Assembly: GCA_965242965.1 (NCBI GenBank)
Contig: OZ251518.1
Span: forward strand, 352,001 to 416,000
Direction: 5' to 3'
DNA length: 64,000 nt
From: Candidatus Poribacteria bacterium
Lineage (GTDB): Bacteria; Poribacteria; WGA-4E; WGA-3G
Shown: piece by piece, positions 30,822 through 40,353 of the stretch
Numbering within the stretch: position 1 is the first letter of the stretch
How the letters are laid out: each line of letters begins with the position of its first letter
Notes under the pieces: model-generated
The model's database searches: none
Told to the model about the DNA's origin: nothing
Seen by the model: the letters and a program-made list of their open reading frames with translations, nothing else
Position numbers and translations under genes: made by a program

Positions 30822-32012
30822 TTAGAAGACCTCGCCCATCGATTTTTCGACGATGTTCACCGCTTCTTCAACATGCCCTGTGTTGATATTGAGCGGTGGC
30901 AGGAACCGAAGGACATAATCGTTGGTGCAGATGGTGACGAGCCCGTTTTCGATGCACTTGGCGGCGAGAGGTTTCGCGTCCACTTCCATCACCATGCCGC
31001 GCAGCAACCCTTTCCCGCGCACTTCCTTGACAGGATATTTCCCCTTGAGTTCCAGCAACCCGCCGGCGAGGTAATTCCCCATTTTCACGGCGTTGCTGGC
31101 GAGATTCTCGTCCAAGATGGTCTGCACGGTTGCGCGAGCCGCTGCTGTGACAAGCGGGTTTCCGCCGAACGTCGCTGCGTGTGTGCCGGGGACGAAGCTG
31201 GCGGCTATCTCACGTTTCGCGAGCATTGCGCCGATAGGGACACCGCTGCCGAGTGCCTTCGCCATCGTGATGACATCGGGGACAACGCCGTAACTCTGGT
31301 AGCCGAAGAAGGTGCCGAGTCGCCCCATCGCCGTTTGCACCTCGTCGAAAATGAGGAGCAGGTTATGTTTATCGCACAGTTCGCGGAGCCCCTGCAGGTA
31401 ACCGTCGCTAGGGATGTTGACTCCACCTTCGGACTGAATCGGCTCTACCAATATCGCGCAGGTTTTCTCGTTGATAGCGGATTCGGTTGCGGGCAAATCA
31501 TCAAACGGCACGTAGGTGAAGCCTTCCAGCATCGGTTCAAACCCGACGTGGTATTTCGTCTGCGCCGTGGCGGTGATGGTTGCCATCGTTCGCCCGTGGA
31601 ACGAATTCTCCATCGTGATGATTTCGTAGGCATCCGGTCTGCCGCTGTCTTTGGCGAATTTGCGCGCCAGTTTAATGGCTGCTTCGTTCGCCTCCGCGCC
31701 GCTGTTGCAGAAGAACACCTGGTCCATGTCGGAATTCTCCACTAACATCTTCGCCAATTCTGCCTGCGGTTGGATGTAGTAGAGGTTGGAGGTGTGCAGC
31801 AGTTTGCCTGCCTGCTCCTGAATAGCGGCGACGACGTTCGGATGGCAGTGCCCGAGTCCGTTGACGGCGAGTCCGCCGAGGAAATCGAGATACTGCTTGC
31901 CTTCGGCATCCCAGAGATAGGGTCCTTCGCCTTTGACGAAAGCGAGGTTTCTGTCGCCGTAGGTATTAATGATGTATTCTGTCGCCATCGTTTTGATTTC
32001 AGCGGTTGTCAT
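30822..32012 (-). CDS. argD: Acetylornithine aminotransferase
   Basis: FCNSGAEANEAAIKLARK, SFHGRT, VEPIQSEGG, FDEVQTAMGR, MAKALG and TFGGNPL motifs; start MTTAEIK after GAAGGAG. Confidence 0.9.
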   Translation of the reverse strand: MTTAEIKTMATEYIINTYGDRNLAFVKGEGPYLWDAEGKQYLDFLGGLAVNGLGHCHPNVVAAIQEQAGKLLHTSNLYYIQPQAELAKMLVENSDMDQVFFCNSGAEANEAAIKLARKFAKDSGRPDAYEIITMENSFHGRTMATITATAQTKYHVGFEPMLEGFTYVPFDDLPATESAINEKTCAILVEPIQSEGGVNIPSDGYLQGLRELCDKHNLLLIFDEVQTAMGRLGTFFGYQSYGVVPDVITMAKALGSGVPIGAMLAKREIAASFVPGTHAATFGGNPLVTAAARATVQTILDENLASNAVKMGNYLAGGLLELKGKYPVKEVRGKGLLRGMVMEVDAKPLAAKCIENGLVTICTNDYVLRFLPPLNINTGHVEEAVNIVEKSMGEVF

Positions 32013-32103
32013 GAAAATTTCTCCTTCGGGACCTGCAGGTCCCGTTGATAAAAAATGTGCGGGTAGGCGCGCGTGGAAAGCGCGCCCACGGGCTGAATCA
32101 GTT

Positions 32104-33240
32104 CTACCAGTTGGTATAGGCACCGTCGTCACGGTGATAGCCAGTCGGCGGGCCATATTCTTGGGTTGAGACGTTCGTGATCGCGTCTTCGTTGAATTCA
32201 ATGCCGAGCCCCGGTGCTTCGGGCGGCAAGAGATGTCCCGATTCAAACGGCACTTGCACCGGAAATACATCGGTGAGATCGGACATCGGTGCGCGCGGCA
32301 ATTCTTGCACGCCGACGAGTGAAGAGGACAGACAGAGATGCAGACACGCCGCTGCGGATACTGGCCCCAACGGGTTGTGCGGTGCGAGGTGGATGTAGTG
32401 CGTTTCACACCAGCCTGCAACTTTCTTCGCTTCTGTTAACCCGCCGACGATGCACACGTCAACGCGGCAGTAATCGAGCAGTTCTTCCTCGATTACCTCT
32501 CGGAATGCCCACTTGCTGTCGAATTGTTCACCGATGGCGAGTGGCACCGAGGTTTGCTGTCGTATGCGCCGGAGACTAGCGGGGTTTTCGCTGCGAAGCG
32601 GGTCCTCGATGAAAAACGGGTGGTAAGTTTCCACCTTATTGCAGAATTCGAGACTATCCACCGGATCGAGGCGGGTATGCACATCGATAAGGATTTCCAC
32701 ATCGTCTCCGAGTGCTTGCCGCACGGCTTGCGCCTGCGCGAGTCCGTGTTGCACGGCGCGTCGCGGTTCAAAGTTGCCGGCGGCACCGGTATCATCGGCG
32801 AGTCCCCATCGGACGAATTTCCAGCCGGCGGCGTGGGTTTGGCGGCAGTTTTCGACGAGTGCGTCAATTGAGCCGCCGCCGTTGTGCGGATAGCAGGCGA
32901 CTTTATCGCGTGTGCGCCCGCCGAGAAGTTCATAGACAGGGACGTTCAGGGCTTTGCCTTTGATGTCCCAAAGGGCAATATCGACGGCACTGACAGCGGC
33001 GGATTGAACGACACCGCCGGGGAAGAAGCCGCCTCGGAACATCACCTGCCACAGGTGCTCAATCCGAAACGGATCTGCGCCGATGAGGAACGGTTCAAAC
33101 GAGCGGACAACTTCTGCGAGGGCGAGTGAGCGTCGTCTTAAGCCGCCTTCGCCGACTCCGTAAATGCCGGCATCCGTTTCGACTTTGACGAAGAAATGTC
33201 CGGATGCCGAGACAAAGGATTTGACGTTGGTAATTTTCAT
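32104..33240 (-). CDS. Mandelate racemase/enolase-superfamily dehydratase (DgoD/RspA-like)
   Basis: DIALWDIKGKALNVPVYELLGG, IDVH, FFIEDP, GEQF and APHNPLGP motifs. Confidence 0.88.
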   Translation of the reverse strand: MKITNVKSFVSASGHFFVKVETDAGIYGVGEGGLRRRSLALAEVVRSFEPFLIGADPFRIEHLWQVMFRGGFFPGGVVQSAAVSAVDIALWDIKGKALNVPVYELLGGRTRDKVACYPHNGGGSIDALVENCRQTHAAGWKFVRWGLADDTGAAGNFEPRRAVQHGLAQAQAVRQALGDDVEILIDVHTRLDPVDSLEFCNKVETYHPFFIEDPLRSENPASLRRIRQQTSVPLAIGEQFDSKWAFREVIEEELLDYCRVDVCIVGGLTEAKKVAGWCETHYIHLAPHNPLGPVSAAACLHLCLSSSLVGVQELPRAPMSDLTDVFPVQVPFESGHLLPPEAPGLGIEFNEDAITNVSTQEYGPPTGYHRDDGAYTNW

Positions 33241-33261
33241 CAATTTTCCTCCTTAGTTAAT

Positions 33262-33511
33262 CAGTGTGTTTCATAAATCGTTCAACGGCGCGGGGATAGG
33301 CTCCCGCGCTACGATAAAAAACGCCATCCCTCACCGTAGGGCGAGGGCCTGTCCCTCGCCATGCGTTTTGCTGTCAGACCGCCTCACCCCTGTAGGTCAG
33401 GATCGCCTGATCCTGACCTGTTTGTGATTAGGCGATCACAAACTACAGAGGTGGGCCCGATGCGCGCCTCCAAGGGAGATAACTACCGAAACGGAGTTAG
33501 GAAACACCCCC
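33262..33511. mobile_element. MITE-like REP composite with an 11-bp duplication (AGTTAATCAGT)
   Basis: Ends GTGTTTCATAA / TTAGGAAACACCCCC; duplicate at 33255-33265 and 33512-33522. Confidence 0.7.
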
Positions 33512-33513
33512 AG

Positions 33514-34242
33514 TTAATCAGTATGTGCGAATTGCGGTGCCGTTTCCAATTCCGATGCTTTGGTTTGCGTGTTGACATCTTCACATCCCGGTGGTTGTGC
33601 GCCGCGTATCCAGGGTTTCGGGCGTTTTTCCCATGGCAGTTTCGTGAAGCCGAGCCATCGGCAGAGGCGCGGGATATGTCCAGGGCGCGCAATACGGAGA
33701 TGCTCAATCTCCGGCACGATGATAGGCACTACTTCCCAGCGTCCATCGGGATAGGCGGCATTTTCCCGGTGTCGCGCGATGGGGTTAGGTTTCGGTATGT
33801 CGGTGTTTTTGAGCACCAAGGTTTCTATGTGTCGTTCGATGGCGAGTGCTGCTTTTGCATGGACTTCCATTGCGGTTTTGCCGTGTGCGGTGCAGCCGGG
33901 CAAATCTGGAACGCTGAGCCGGTAATGCCTCCGCCGTTTGCGGGTTATCAAGACCGGATAGTGGCGTAGTTCGGGCATCGTTATCGTCACGGTGTCCCAC
34001 TGCAGTGCATCGGCATATCCCGGGTCGTTCTGATGGTAGGCGATGTCCTGGGGTTCAGGAATCGGATCATCTTCAAGCATCATGCTTTCAAGATGTCCTT
34101 CGATTGCTTCCACGGCGCGCGTCAGCACCTGCTCTACGGTGTCTGCTGCAGTAATGCACCCTGGCAAATCGGGGACGACGATGCCGTAGATGCTGCCCGG
34201 GTCTTTGAAAATCGCAACAGGATATTGCATAAAAGTTTTCAT
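33514..34242 (-). CDS. hicB: HicB-family antitoxin, double HicB domain (copy 1)
   Basis: YPV...VPDLPGC.T..T.E...A.EAI occurs twice. Confidence 0.85.
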   Translation of the reverse strand: MKTFMQYPVAIFKDPGSIYGIVVPDLPGCITAADTVEQVLTRAVEAIEGHLESMMLEDDPIPEPQDIAYHQNDPGYADALQWDTVTITMPELRHYPVLITRKRRRHYRLSVPDLPGCTAHGKTAMEVHAKAALAIERHIETLVLKNTDIPKPNPIARHRENAAYPDGRWEVVPIIVPEIEHLRIARPGHIPRLCRWLGFTKLPWEKRPKPWIRGAQPPGCEDVNTQTKASELETAPQFAHTD

Positions 34243-34311
34243 ATCTCCAACTCCGAGTTTCTAATTTCTTGTCTTAAGGTAGACAGTTTGGTAGAGACCT
34301 CATCAGTTGTT

Positions 34312-34542
34312 TTAGTTCCACTTCCATCCGGCTTGTTCATAGATACTTCGCACCGTCCCGATCGGTATGTCTTTGTTTGGATGTGGAACAGATACCGTGC
34401 CTGACTTGTCGGTGTGCCTGAATTGATGGTGAGATCCTTTGATGCGATGTAGGAACCATCCTTCGCTTTCAAGCTGCTTTATCATGCGTCGCGAGTCTCG
34501 GAGACGTTTCCAACTGGGCCGCTTCGATTTGCGATGTTTCAT
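34312..34542 (-). CDS. hicA: HicA-family toxin (copy 1)
   Basis: L..EGW...RIKGSHHQFRH....VSVPHP.KDIP.GT..SI..QAG. Confidence 0.88.
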   Translation of the reverse strand: MKHRKSKRPSWKRLRDSRRMIKQLESEGWFLHRIKGSHHQFRHTDKSGTVSVPHPNKDIPIGTVRSIYEQAGWKWN

Positions 34543-34554
34543 CTGTCCCCGGCG

Positions 34555-35268
34555 TTAAGCCTTGGCGTGTTCCGGTAGCATCCCTTCGTTTTCGGCGGTG
34601 CTGTCGGTTTCCGGTGGTTGTGCGCCGCGTATCCAGGGTTTCGGGCGTTTCTCCCATGGCAGTTTCGTGAACCCGAGCCATCGACAGAGGCGCGGGATAC
34701 GGCCAGGGCGCGCAATACGGAGATGCTCGATCTCCGGCACGATGATAGGCACCACTTCCCAATGTCCATCGGGACATGCAGCATTTCCTCGGTGTTGCGC
34801 GATGGGGTTGGGTTTCGGTATGTCCCTATTTTTGAGTATTCGTGCTTCCATGTGTCGTTCAATGGCGAGTGCTGCTTTTGCATGGACTTCCATTGCGGTT
34901 TTGCCACGCGCGGTACAGTCGGGCAAATCTGGGACGCTGAGCCGATAGTGCTTCCGCCGTTTGCGGGTTATCAAGACAGGATAGTGGCGCAGTTCTGGAA
35001 ACGCTACCGTTACCTCCTCCCACTGCCCCCCAGCATATTCTGGATATGCCGGATTGTTCTGATGGTAGGCGATGTCCTTAGGTTCGGGAATCGCATCTCC
35101 ATCAATTAACATGCCGCCGAGATGACATTTAATCGCTTCCACGGCCTGGGTCAGAACGTCCTCGACTGTATCGCCCCAGGTATAACACCCAGGTAAGTCT
35201 GGAACAATTACGCCGTAGTCGCTATCCGGGTCTTTGTGGATGACAATCGGATACCTAAAGATTTTCAT
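34555..35268 (-). CDS. hicB: HicB-family antitoxin, double HicB domain (copy 2)
   Basis: Paralog of copy 1. Confidence 0.85.
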   Translation of the reverse strand: MKIFRYPIVIHKDPDSDYGVIVPDLPGCYTWGDTVEDVLTQAVEAIKCHLGGMLIDGDAIPEPKDIAYHQNNPAYPEYAGGQWEEVTVAFPELRHYPVLITRKRRKHYRLSVPDLPDCTARGKTAMEVHAKAALAIERHMEARILKNRDIPKPNPIAQHRGNAACPDGHWEVVPIIVPEIEHLRIARPGRIPRLCRWLGFTKLPWEKRPKPWIRGAQPPETDSTAENEGMLPEHAKA

Positions 35269-35305
35269 AATTCTAACTCCTGTTCCTACTTGGCATTTAA
35301 TGGCT

Positions 35306-35536
35306 TTAGTTCCACTCCCAGCCGGTCTGCCGATAGATATTCCGCAATGTGCTTATTGGGATATCTTTGTTTGGATGCGGCACCGAAGCTTTGCCCGGTT
35401 TGTCGGGATGTCTGAATTGATAGTGATCTCCGTTGGTTTGGACCCAGAACCATCCTTCGCTTTTAAGTTGTTTTATCATGCGCCTTGAGTCGCGGAGGCG
35501 TTTCCAACTGGGCCGCTTCGATTTGCGATGTTTCAT
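35306..35536 (-). CDS. hicA: HicA-family toxin (copy 2)
   Basis: GDHYQFRHPDKPGKASVPHPNKD. Confidence 0.87.
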   Translation of the reverse strand: MKHRKSKRPSWKRLRDSRRMIKQLKSEGWFWVQTNGDHYQFRHPDKPGKASVPHPNKDIPISTLRNIYRQTGWEWN

Positions 35537-35548
35537 CTGTCCCCGGCG

Positions 35549-36247
35549 TTAAGCCTTGACGTGTTCCGGTAGCATCGCTTCGTTTTCGGCGGTGCTGTCG
35601 GTTTCCGGTGGTTGTGCGCCGCGTATCCAGGGTTTTGGGCGTTTTTCCCATGGCAGTTTCGTGAACCCGAGCCATCGGCAGAGGCGCGGGATACGCCCGG
35701 GACGCGCGATACGGAGATGCTCAATCTCCGGCACGATGATAGGCACCACTTCCCAATGTCCATCGGAATAGGCGGGATTTCCCCGGTGTTGCGCGATGGG
35801 TTTGGGTTTCGGTATGTCGGTGTTTTTGAGCACCAAGGCTTCCATGTGTCGTTCAATGGCGAGTGCTGCTTTTGCATGGACTTCCGTTGCGGTTTTGCCG
35901 TGCGCGGTGCAGCCGGGCAAGTCCGGGACGCTGAGTTGATAGTGCTTCCGCCGTTTGCGGGTTATCAAGACCGGATAGTGGCGCAGTTCGGGTAAGGTTA
36001 TGGTAACCCAATCCCACCGTTGGAAGTCGGCATAGTGCGGATTGTTTTGATGAGCGGCGATGTCCTGGGGTTCAGGAATCAGGTCTCCATCAATCAACAT
36101 GCCGCCGAGATGACATTTGATGGCTTCCACGGCTTGGATAAGCACTTCCTCAACGGTATCCGCTGCGGTAATGCATCCGGGTAAGTCCGGAACGAGGATG
36201 CAGTAATCACTATCCGGGTCTTTGTCAATCACGACAGGGTAACGCAT
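35549..36247 (-). CDS. hicB: HicB-family antitoxin, double HicB domain (copy 3)
   Basis: Paralog of copies 1 and 2; GGAGGA SD. Confidence 0.85.
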   Translation of the reverse strand: MRYPVVIDKDPDSDYCILVPDLPGCITAADTVEEVLIQAVEAIKCHLGGMLIDGDLIPEPQDIAAHQNNPHYADFQRWDWVTITLPELRHYPVLITRKRRKHYQLSVPDLPGCTAHGKTATEVHAKAALAIERHMEALVLKNTDIPKPKPIAQHRGNPAYSDGHWEVVPIIVPEIEHLRIARPGRIPRLCRWLGFTKLPWEKRPKPWIRGAQPPETDSTAENEAMLPEHVKA

Positions 36248-36317
36248 GAAACTTTCCTCCCTCTAATCATCTGTCTTGGTGTGGCCAACTTGGCATAAAG
36301 ATGCCATCAATTGTGAT

Positions 36318-36548
36318 TCAATTCCACTCCCAGCCGGCCTGTCTATAGATGCTCCGCACCGCCGTTATTGACAAGTCTTTTTTAGGGTGCTGAACAGAGA
36401 CTTTGCCCGGTTTGTCGGGGTGTTTGAATTGGTAGTGATCTCCGTTGGTTTGGGCCCAGAGCCATCCTTCGCTTTTGAGTTGCTTTATCATGCGCCTTGA
36501 GTCGCGGAGGCGTTTCCAACTGGGCCGCTTCGATTTGCGATGTTTCAT
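36318..36548 (-). CDS. hicA: HicA-family toxin (copy 3)
   Basis: GDHYQFKHPDKPGKVSVQHPKKD. Confidence 0.87.
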   Translation of the reverse strand: MKHRKSKRPSWKRLRDSRRMIKQLKSEGWLWAQTNGDHYQFKHPDKPGKVSVQHPKKDLSITAVRSIYRQAGWEWN

Positions 36549-36566
36549 CTGTCAAAATGTTCGCGC

Positions 36567-37382
36567 CTACCCCGTCTCCAGCGTTGGAACGTTGTCCTGA
36601 CAGTAAACCGGTCGGAAAAGCGTCTGGCGTTTGAACGGCATCTCAGCGAGGTGCTGCGGGTGCGGTTCCCACTTGTGCCACTTGTTACCGACGGTATTGT
36701 AGCAGTGGAAAATCGCGACGCGGTCTGCCATCTCATCTGTCCATCTCGCGCCAGTGTGCGTAATGGCTTCCGTGAAGACTAGCATGGAGCCTGCTGGGCA
36801 CGTGTAGTCCTCCCACAGCGGCGAATCGCGGTTTTCTGTCGATTTGGGTGCGGGGAACGCGCCTTTGTGGCTGCCCGTAAGGAACATCGTGCCGCCGCGG
36901 CCTTTTTCGACAGGGTTCAGTTCCCAAACGACCCGAGTTAAGCCGCTGTGCGCCTTGTCATGGTGCAGATGATACGTATGCGAATTGCCGGGAAAGTTGA
37001 GCATCCCGCGGCCGCCGTGCGGCCGGAAGTTATCATGTCCGTTTTCCCGAATCGTGAGAAACGTTCCTTCCAACCGAAACCCGTAGCAATTTTCATTGGC
37101 ATACCCGGATGTCAAAAACTCATTCATGAACCCGAGGACAACGGGATGATCGATGAGCGTTTCCAAAGGCCCGCCGATTGGAGAACGATGGTGTTCTGGA
37201 ATCGCTTGTGGTTCTCGCTTGAGTTGATAACAGAATTCGCGCATTTCCTCGATTTCTGTTTCGCTCAGCACCGCCGGCATCAGGAGCCAGCCGCGGGTAT
37301 CAAAGAGATACCGTTGCTCCTCTGAAAGCGGCATCGGAGGTAGATTGTCTGCGTTCGTCGTCGGATGTGGCATCAGTTTCAC
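36567..37382 (-). CDS. PhyH-like Fe/2OG dioxygenase family protein
   Basis: QRYLFDTRGW, PHGG, GGTMFLTGSHK, AGSMLVFTEAITH. Confidence 0.75.
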   Translation of the reverse strand: MKLMPHPTTNADNLPPMPLSEEQRYLFDTRGWLLMPAVLSETEIEEMREFCYQLKREPQAIPEHHRSPIGGPLETLIDHPVVLGFMNEFLTSGYANENCYGFRLEGTFLTIRENGHDNFRPHGGRGMLNFPGNSHTYHLHHDKAHSGLTRVVWELNPVEKGRGGTMFLTGSHKGAFPAPKSTENRDSPLWEDYTCPAGSMLVFTEAITHTGARWTDEMADRVAIFHCYNTVGNKWHKWEPHPQHLAEMPFKRQTLFRPVYCQDNVPTLETG

Positions 37383-37422
37383 CTTCTATTTTTTCTCAAA
37401 GATGCGCGTTCTGAAAGCGCGC

Positions 37423-38586
37423 CTACCCGGCATTGTCCAACCGTTCCGTTTCTTTCGCTAACCATGTGCCATAATCGCGGGGCATTTCTGGCATGTCGCC
37501 CAATCCAACTTCGGCGCGCCACTGCAATAAGGGATGCTCCCGATTTTTCTGGGGCAACTCCACACGGGTGCCACGGACAGCGGACTCGAAAATGCCCATG
37601 AGCACCTCAAGCACGTGTCGTCCTTCTTCCCCGCTGCATTCATGTTCGCGGTTTTCGTCAAGGGAGTTGACGTATTCCTCAACGATGCCATAGTCGTCGG
37701 CATCCGCGCCTTTGCTAGCATCAAAGTGCGGGGGATAGATAGGTGCGAGTTTTTCCCATCTGTCATGCGTTCCGTCCGGCACAAAATGCGGCGTTGGCAG
37801 CCACCACGCGCCTCGCAATTCTGACCAGAAGAGTCGCCCCTCGGTGCCGTAGAGTTCCATCGCATAGGCATCGCTATCCACCTTTGGGCACCGGTGTTGG
37901 AGCAGCGTACCGGTAACATGTCCATCGAATTGAAGTGTGGCGGTGACGTATTCGCCCGCGATGATGCCCATCCCACTCGGCGAAGGGAGAACATCGTTTG
38001 GCGTGATGGCACGTCCCCCGGTAGTCGCCTGCGTCACGACGCTCCGGCAATGCCCGCCGAAACGGAGCATGTTGTTGATGACATGCGTCCCGATGTTCAT
38101 GAGTCCATAGCCTGCGTAATACCCCTTGCCGCTGGCGTAAATGTATCGGAGTTCGCCGATTTTGCCTTCGTTGAGGACTTTGGCGACAGCCTGCATCGTC
38201 GGGCTAACACGCCGCTGATGATGCACGACGACGCGCGCGTTTTTCTCCTTCGCTTTCGCCAGCACTGCATCGGCTTGAACCAGATCGATGCAGATGGGTT
38301 TTTCTACCTCAATGTTCACGCCGTGTTCCAGCACGCGCATGGCGAGCGGGTAGTGCGCGTCTGTTGCTGTCGGAATAGCGACGATGTCGGGTGAAGTCTG
38401 CCGGATCATCTCATCTAAATCGGTGAACTGCGCGGAGACGTTTACGATGTCGCCGAGTGCGTCTAACCGTTCTTGCACCAGATCACAGAGTGCGACGATT
38501 TCTGTGCGTGGGTGCGCGTGGTATGCTTTCGCGGCTGATGTGCCGCGGCTGCGGCAGCCTAAAATGGCAACGCGATAGGTTTTCAT
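37423..38586 (-). CDS. Gfo/Idh/MocA oxidoreductase
   Basis: RVAILGC.SRG, ALCDL, EVEKP and GTH motifs. Confidence 0.88.
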   Translation of the reverse strand: MKTYRVAILGCRSRGTSAAKAYHAHPRTEIVALCDLVQERLDALGDIVNVSAQFTDLDEMIRQTSPDIVAIPTATDAHYPLAMRVLEHGVNIEVEKPICIDLVQADAVLAKAKEKNARVVVHHQRRVSPTMQAVAKVLNEGKIGELRYIYASGKGYYAGYGLMNIGTHVINNMLRFGGHCRSVVTQATTGGRAITPNDVLPSPSGMGIIAGEYVTATLQFDGHVTGTLLQHRCPKVDSDAYAMELYGTEGRLFWSELRGAWWLPTPHFVPDGTHDRWEKLAPIYPPHFDASKGADADDYGIVEEYVNSLDENREHECSGEEGRHVLEVLMGIFESAVRGTRVELPQKNREHPLLQWRAEVGLGDMPEMPRDYGTWLAKETERLDNAG

Positions 38587-38729
38587 GATTTTTCTCCTCT
38601 GTTTTGTGTTATTTTAACGTCTTTTGGATTTTAATGTCAAGTTTTTTTGGTGATAAGGCCATTTTTGGGGAGGCGGCGGTTTTGCAGGGTTCCGATGTTT
38701 CAGGAGTGTCAAGGACGGGAGGTATTGCA

Positions 38730-38972
38730 TTGAGACCAGGAGGTCTCTTCCCTACCGGAAGGCATCGGGCCCATCTCTGTAGTTCGGGATCGCCTGATCC
38801 CGAACGGTTCAGGATCGGGCGATCCTGACCTACAGAGGTGAGGCGGTCTGACTCCAAAACGCATGGCGAGGGACAGGCCCTCGCCCTACGGTGAAGGGGG
38901 GGGCTTTCTGCCGCCGCGGCCCCGGTAGGCGCGCCGCCCTATTGCATCGAGACCGGAAGGTCTCGCCTACTG
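38730..38972. repeat. REP-like composite
   Basis: Shared GTAG-hairpin modules. Confidence 0.8.
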
Positions 38973-39004
38973 AGGCGGATATAAGCGCGAATTCGTTTCA
39001 TGGT

Positions 39005-39742
39005 TTACCGCCTTTGTAAACCTAAGAATTCGTAGGGGTCGATGCCCCCTTCTTCAAAAGGAACAATTTTTATGTCCGAGGGAATATCAGCCTCGGTAAA
39101 ATCGTCTCCTTTTGCTTCTTGAATGGCTTCGATACGATTGCAAGCCGCCGGATCGCCTATCATTGTACCGATATATCTAACGATGCCAGGCGGTCCGAGA
39201 TATTCCTCCCATTTGATATGGACGGTGCCTGGGATCATCGGATATACCAAACCGTTATCCATCACGGAGCCCCTGACATCTATTCCTTGATGTGCGAGTT
39301 TTATCTCGACGCGCATCATTAATTCATGCGTCGCAGATTGGCGCGGCCAGATATCGGCTGGCCACCCTGCCGGCAACGGCGGATAGGGCCCGAAGCCGTA
39401 AGGCGACACAGGAACAGCCTCTGACTCCGCCAAGGGAAGTTCGGCATCCGAGTTAGGAGTGCCCTCTGTCTCTTCGGCTTGTTCCGTGGCCGCCGGTGCC
39501 ACGTTGAGGGTGTCGGCGGGTTGCGAGAGGCGTTCAACAAGCTGTGGGTTTTTGATGACCTGAGGGGTGACAATAGGTGCGCTGGGATGCGTTAGATTCC
39601 GTTCTTCTTGTAACTGCTTGAAGGCTTTGTCTTCCGCAGCGAGTTTTTTCATCTCGTGGTGGTACCAGAGCGTGAAGCCGCCAGCAATCACGCAGAAGAG
39701 GAGGAGCGCGCCGAGGAGCACCCGGACATCATGGGTTCTCAT
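39005..39742 (-). CDS. Hypothetical protein with N-terminal TM anchor and Pro-rich linker
   Basis: 245-aa ORF; hydrophobic residues 8-26; 'VSPYGFGPYPPLP'. Confidence 0.7.
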   Translation of the reverse strand: MRTHDVRVLLGALLLFCVIAGGFTLWYHHEMKKLAAEDKAFKQLQEERNLTHPSAPIVTPQVIKNPQLVERLSQPADTLNVAPAATEQAEETEGTPNSDAELPLAESEAVPVSPYGFGPYPPLPAGWPADIWPRQSATHELMMRVEIKLAHQGIDVRGSVMDNGLVYPMIPGTVHIKWEEYLGPPGIVRYIGTMIGDPAACNRIEAIQEAKGDDFTEADIPSDIKIVPFEEGGIDPYEFLGLQRR

Positions 39743-39806
39743 GTTGAGGGCCTCGTCGGTTGTGAGGTTACCTTTTTAAAAGGAGAACCTCAGGCTGAAT
39801 TTAAAT

Positions 39807-40290
39807 GAGGGGGTTTCATAAATCGATGCACACCCGTAGGAGAGACCTCCTGGTCTTGATGTTCCCGTAGCGCGGGGGCCTGTCCCCCGCGAGCGTTGGA
39901 TTGCACCGACGATGGCGAGGGACAGGCCCTCGCCCTACGGTGAGGGAGGGGCGTTTTTTTCGTAGCGCGGGGGCCTGTCCCCCGCGATCTCCATCGTCAC
40001 GATGTGTGTTTCCCCCTCTGTAGTTCGGGATCGCCTGATCCCGAACGGGTCAGGATCAGGCGATCCTGACCTACAGAGGGGATGCGGTCTGACTCCAAAA
40101 CGCATGGCGAGGGACAAGTTTTCCCACCGCCCCACGGCGAAAGGGACCGTTTTTTACCGTAGCGCGGGGGCCTGTCCCCCGCGATCGTTGCATGGCGAGG
40201 GACAGGCCCTCGCCCTACGGTGAGGGGAGGGTTTTTGTCGTAGCGCGGGGGCCGGAGGCAATCGAGACCAGGAGGTCTCTCCTACCGGGG
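39807..40290. repeat. REP/MITE-like composite
   Basis: Left end GAGGGGGTTTCATAA plus shared modules. Confidence 0.8.
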
Positions 40291-40353
40291 AGTGCCGCTG
40301 CGTTCAAATTCATCGTTTATTTATCACGCGTCCGCCGCGGGTAATCGCGGCAT

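Noticed and set aside
32013-32420. N-terminal extension of argD in the ORF track
   Set aside because: Overlaps the dehydratase gene; the SD-supported start is 32012
34239-34472. 77-aa ORF between hicA and hicB
   Set aside because: Overlaps hicA out of frame and is not conserved in the other two units
38896-38903. G8 tract as another phase-variation site
   Set aside because: Lies within a repeat module, lacks the TAAATG context and affects no gene
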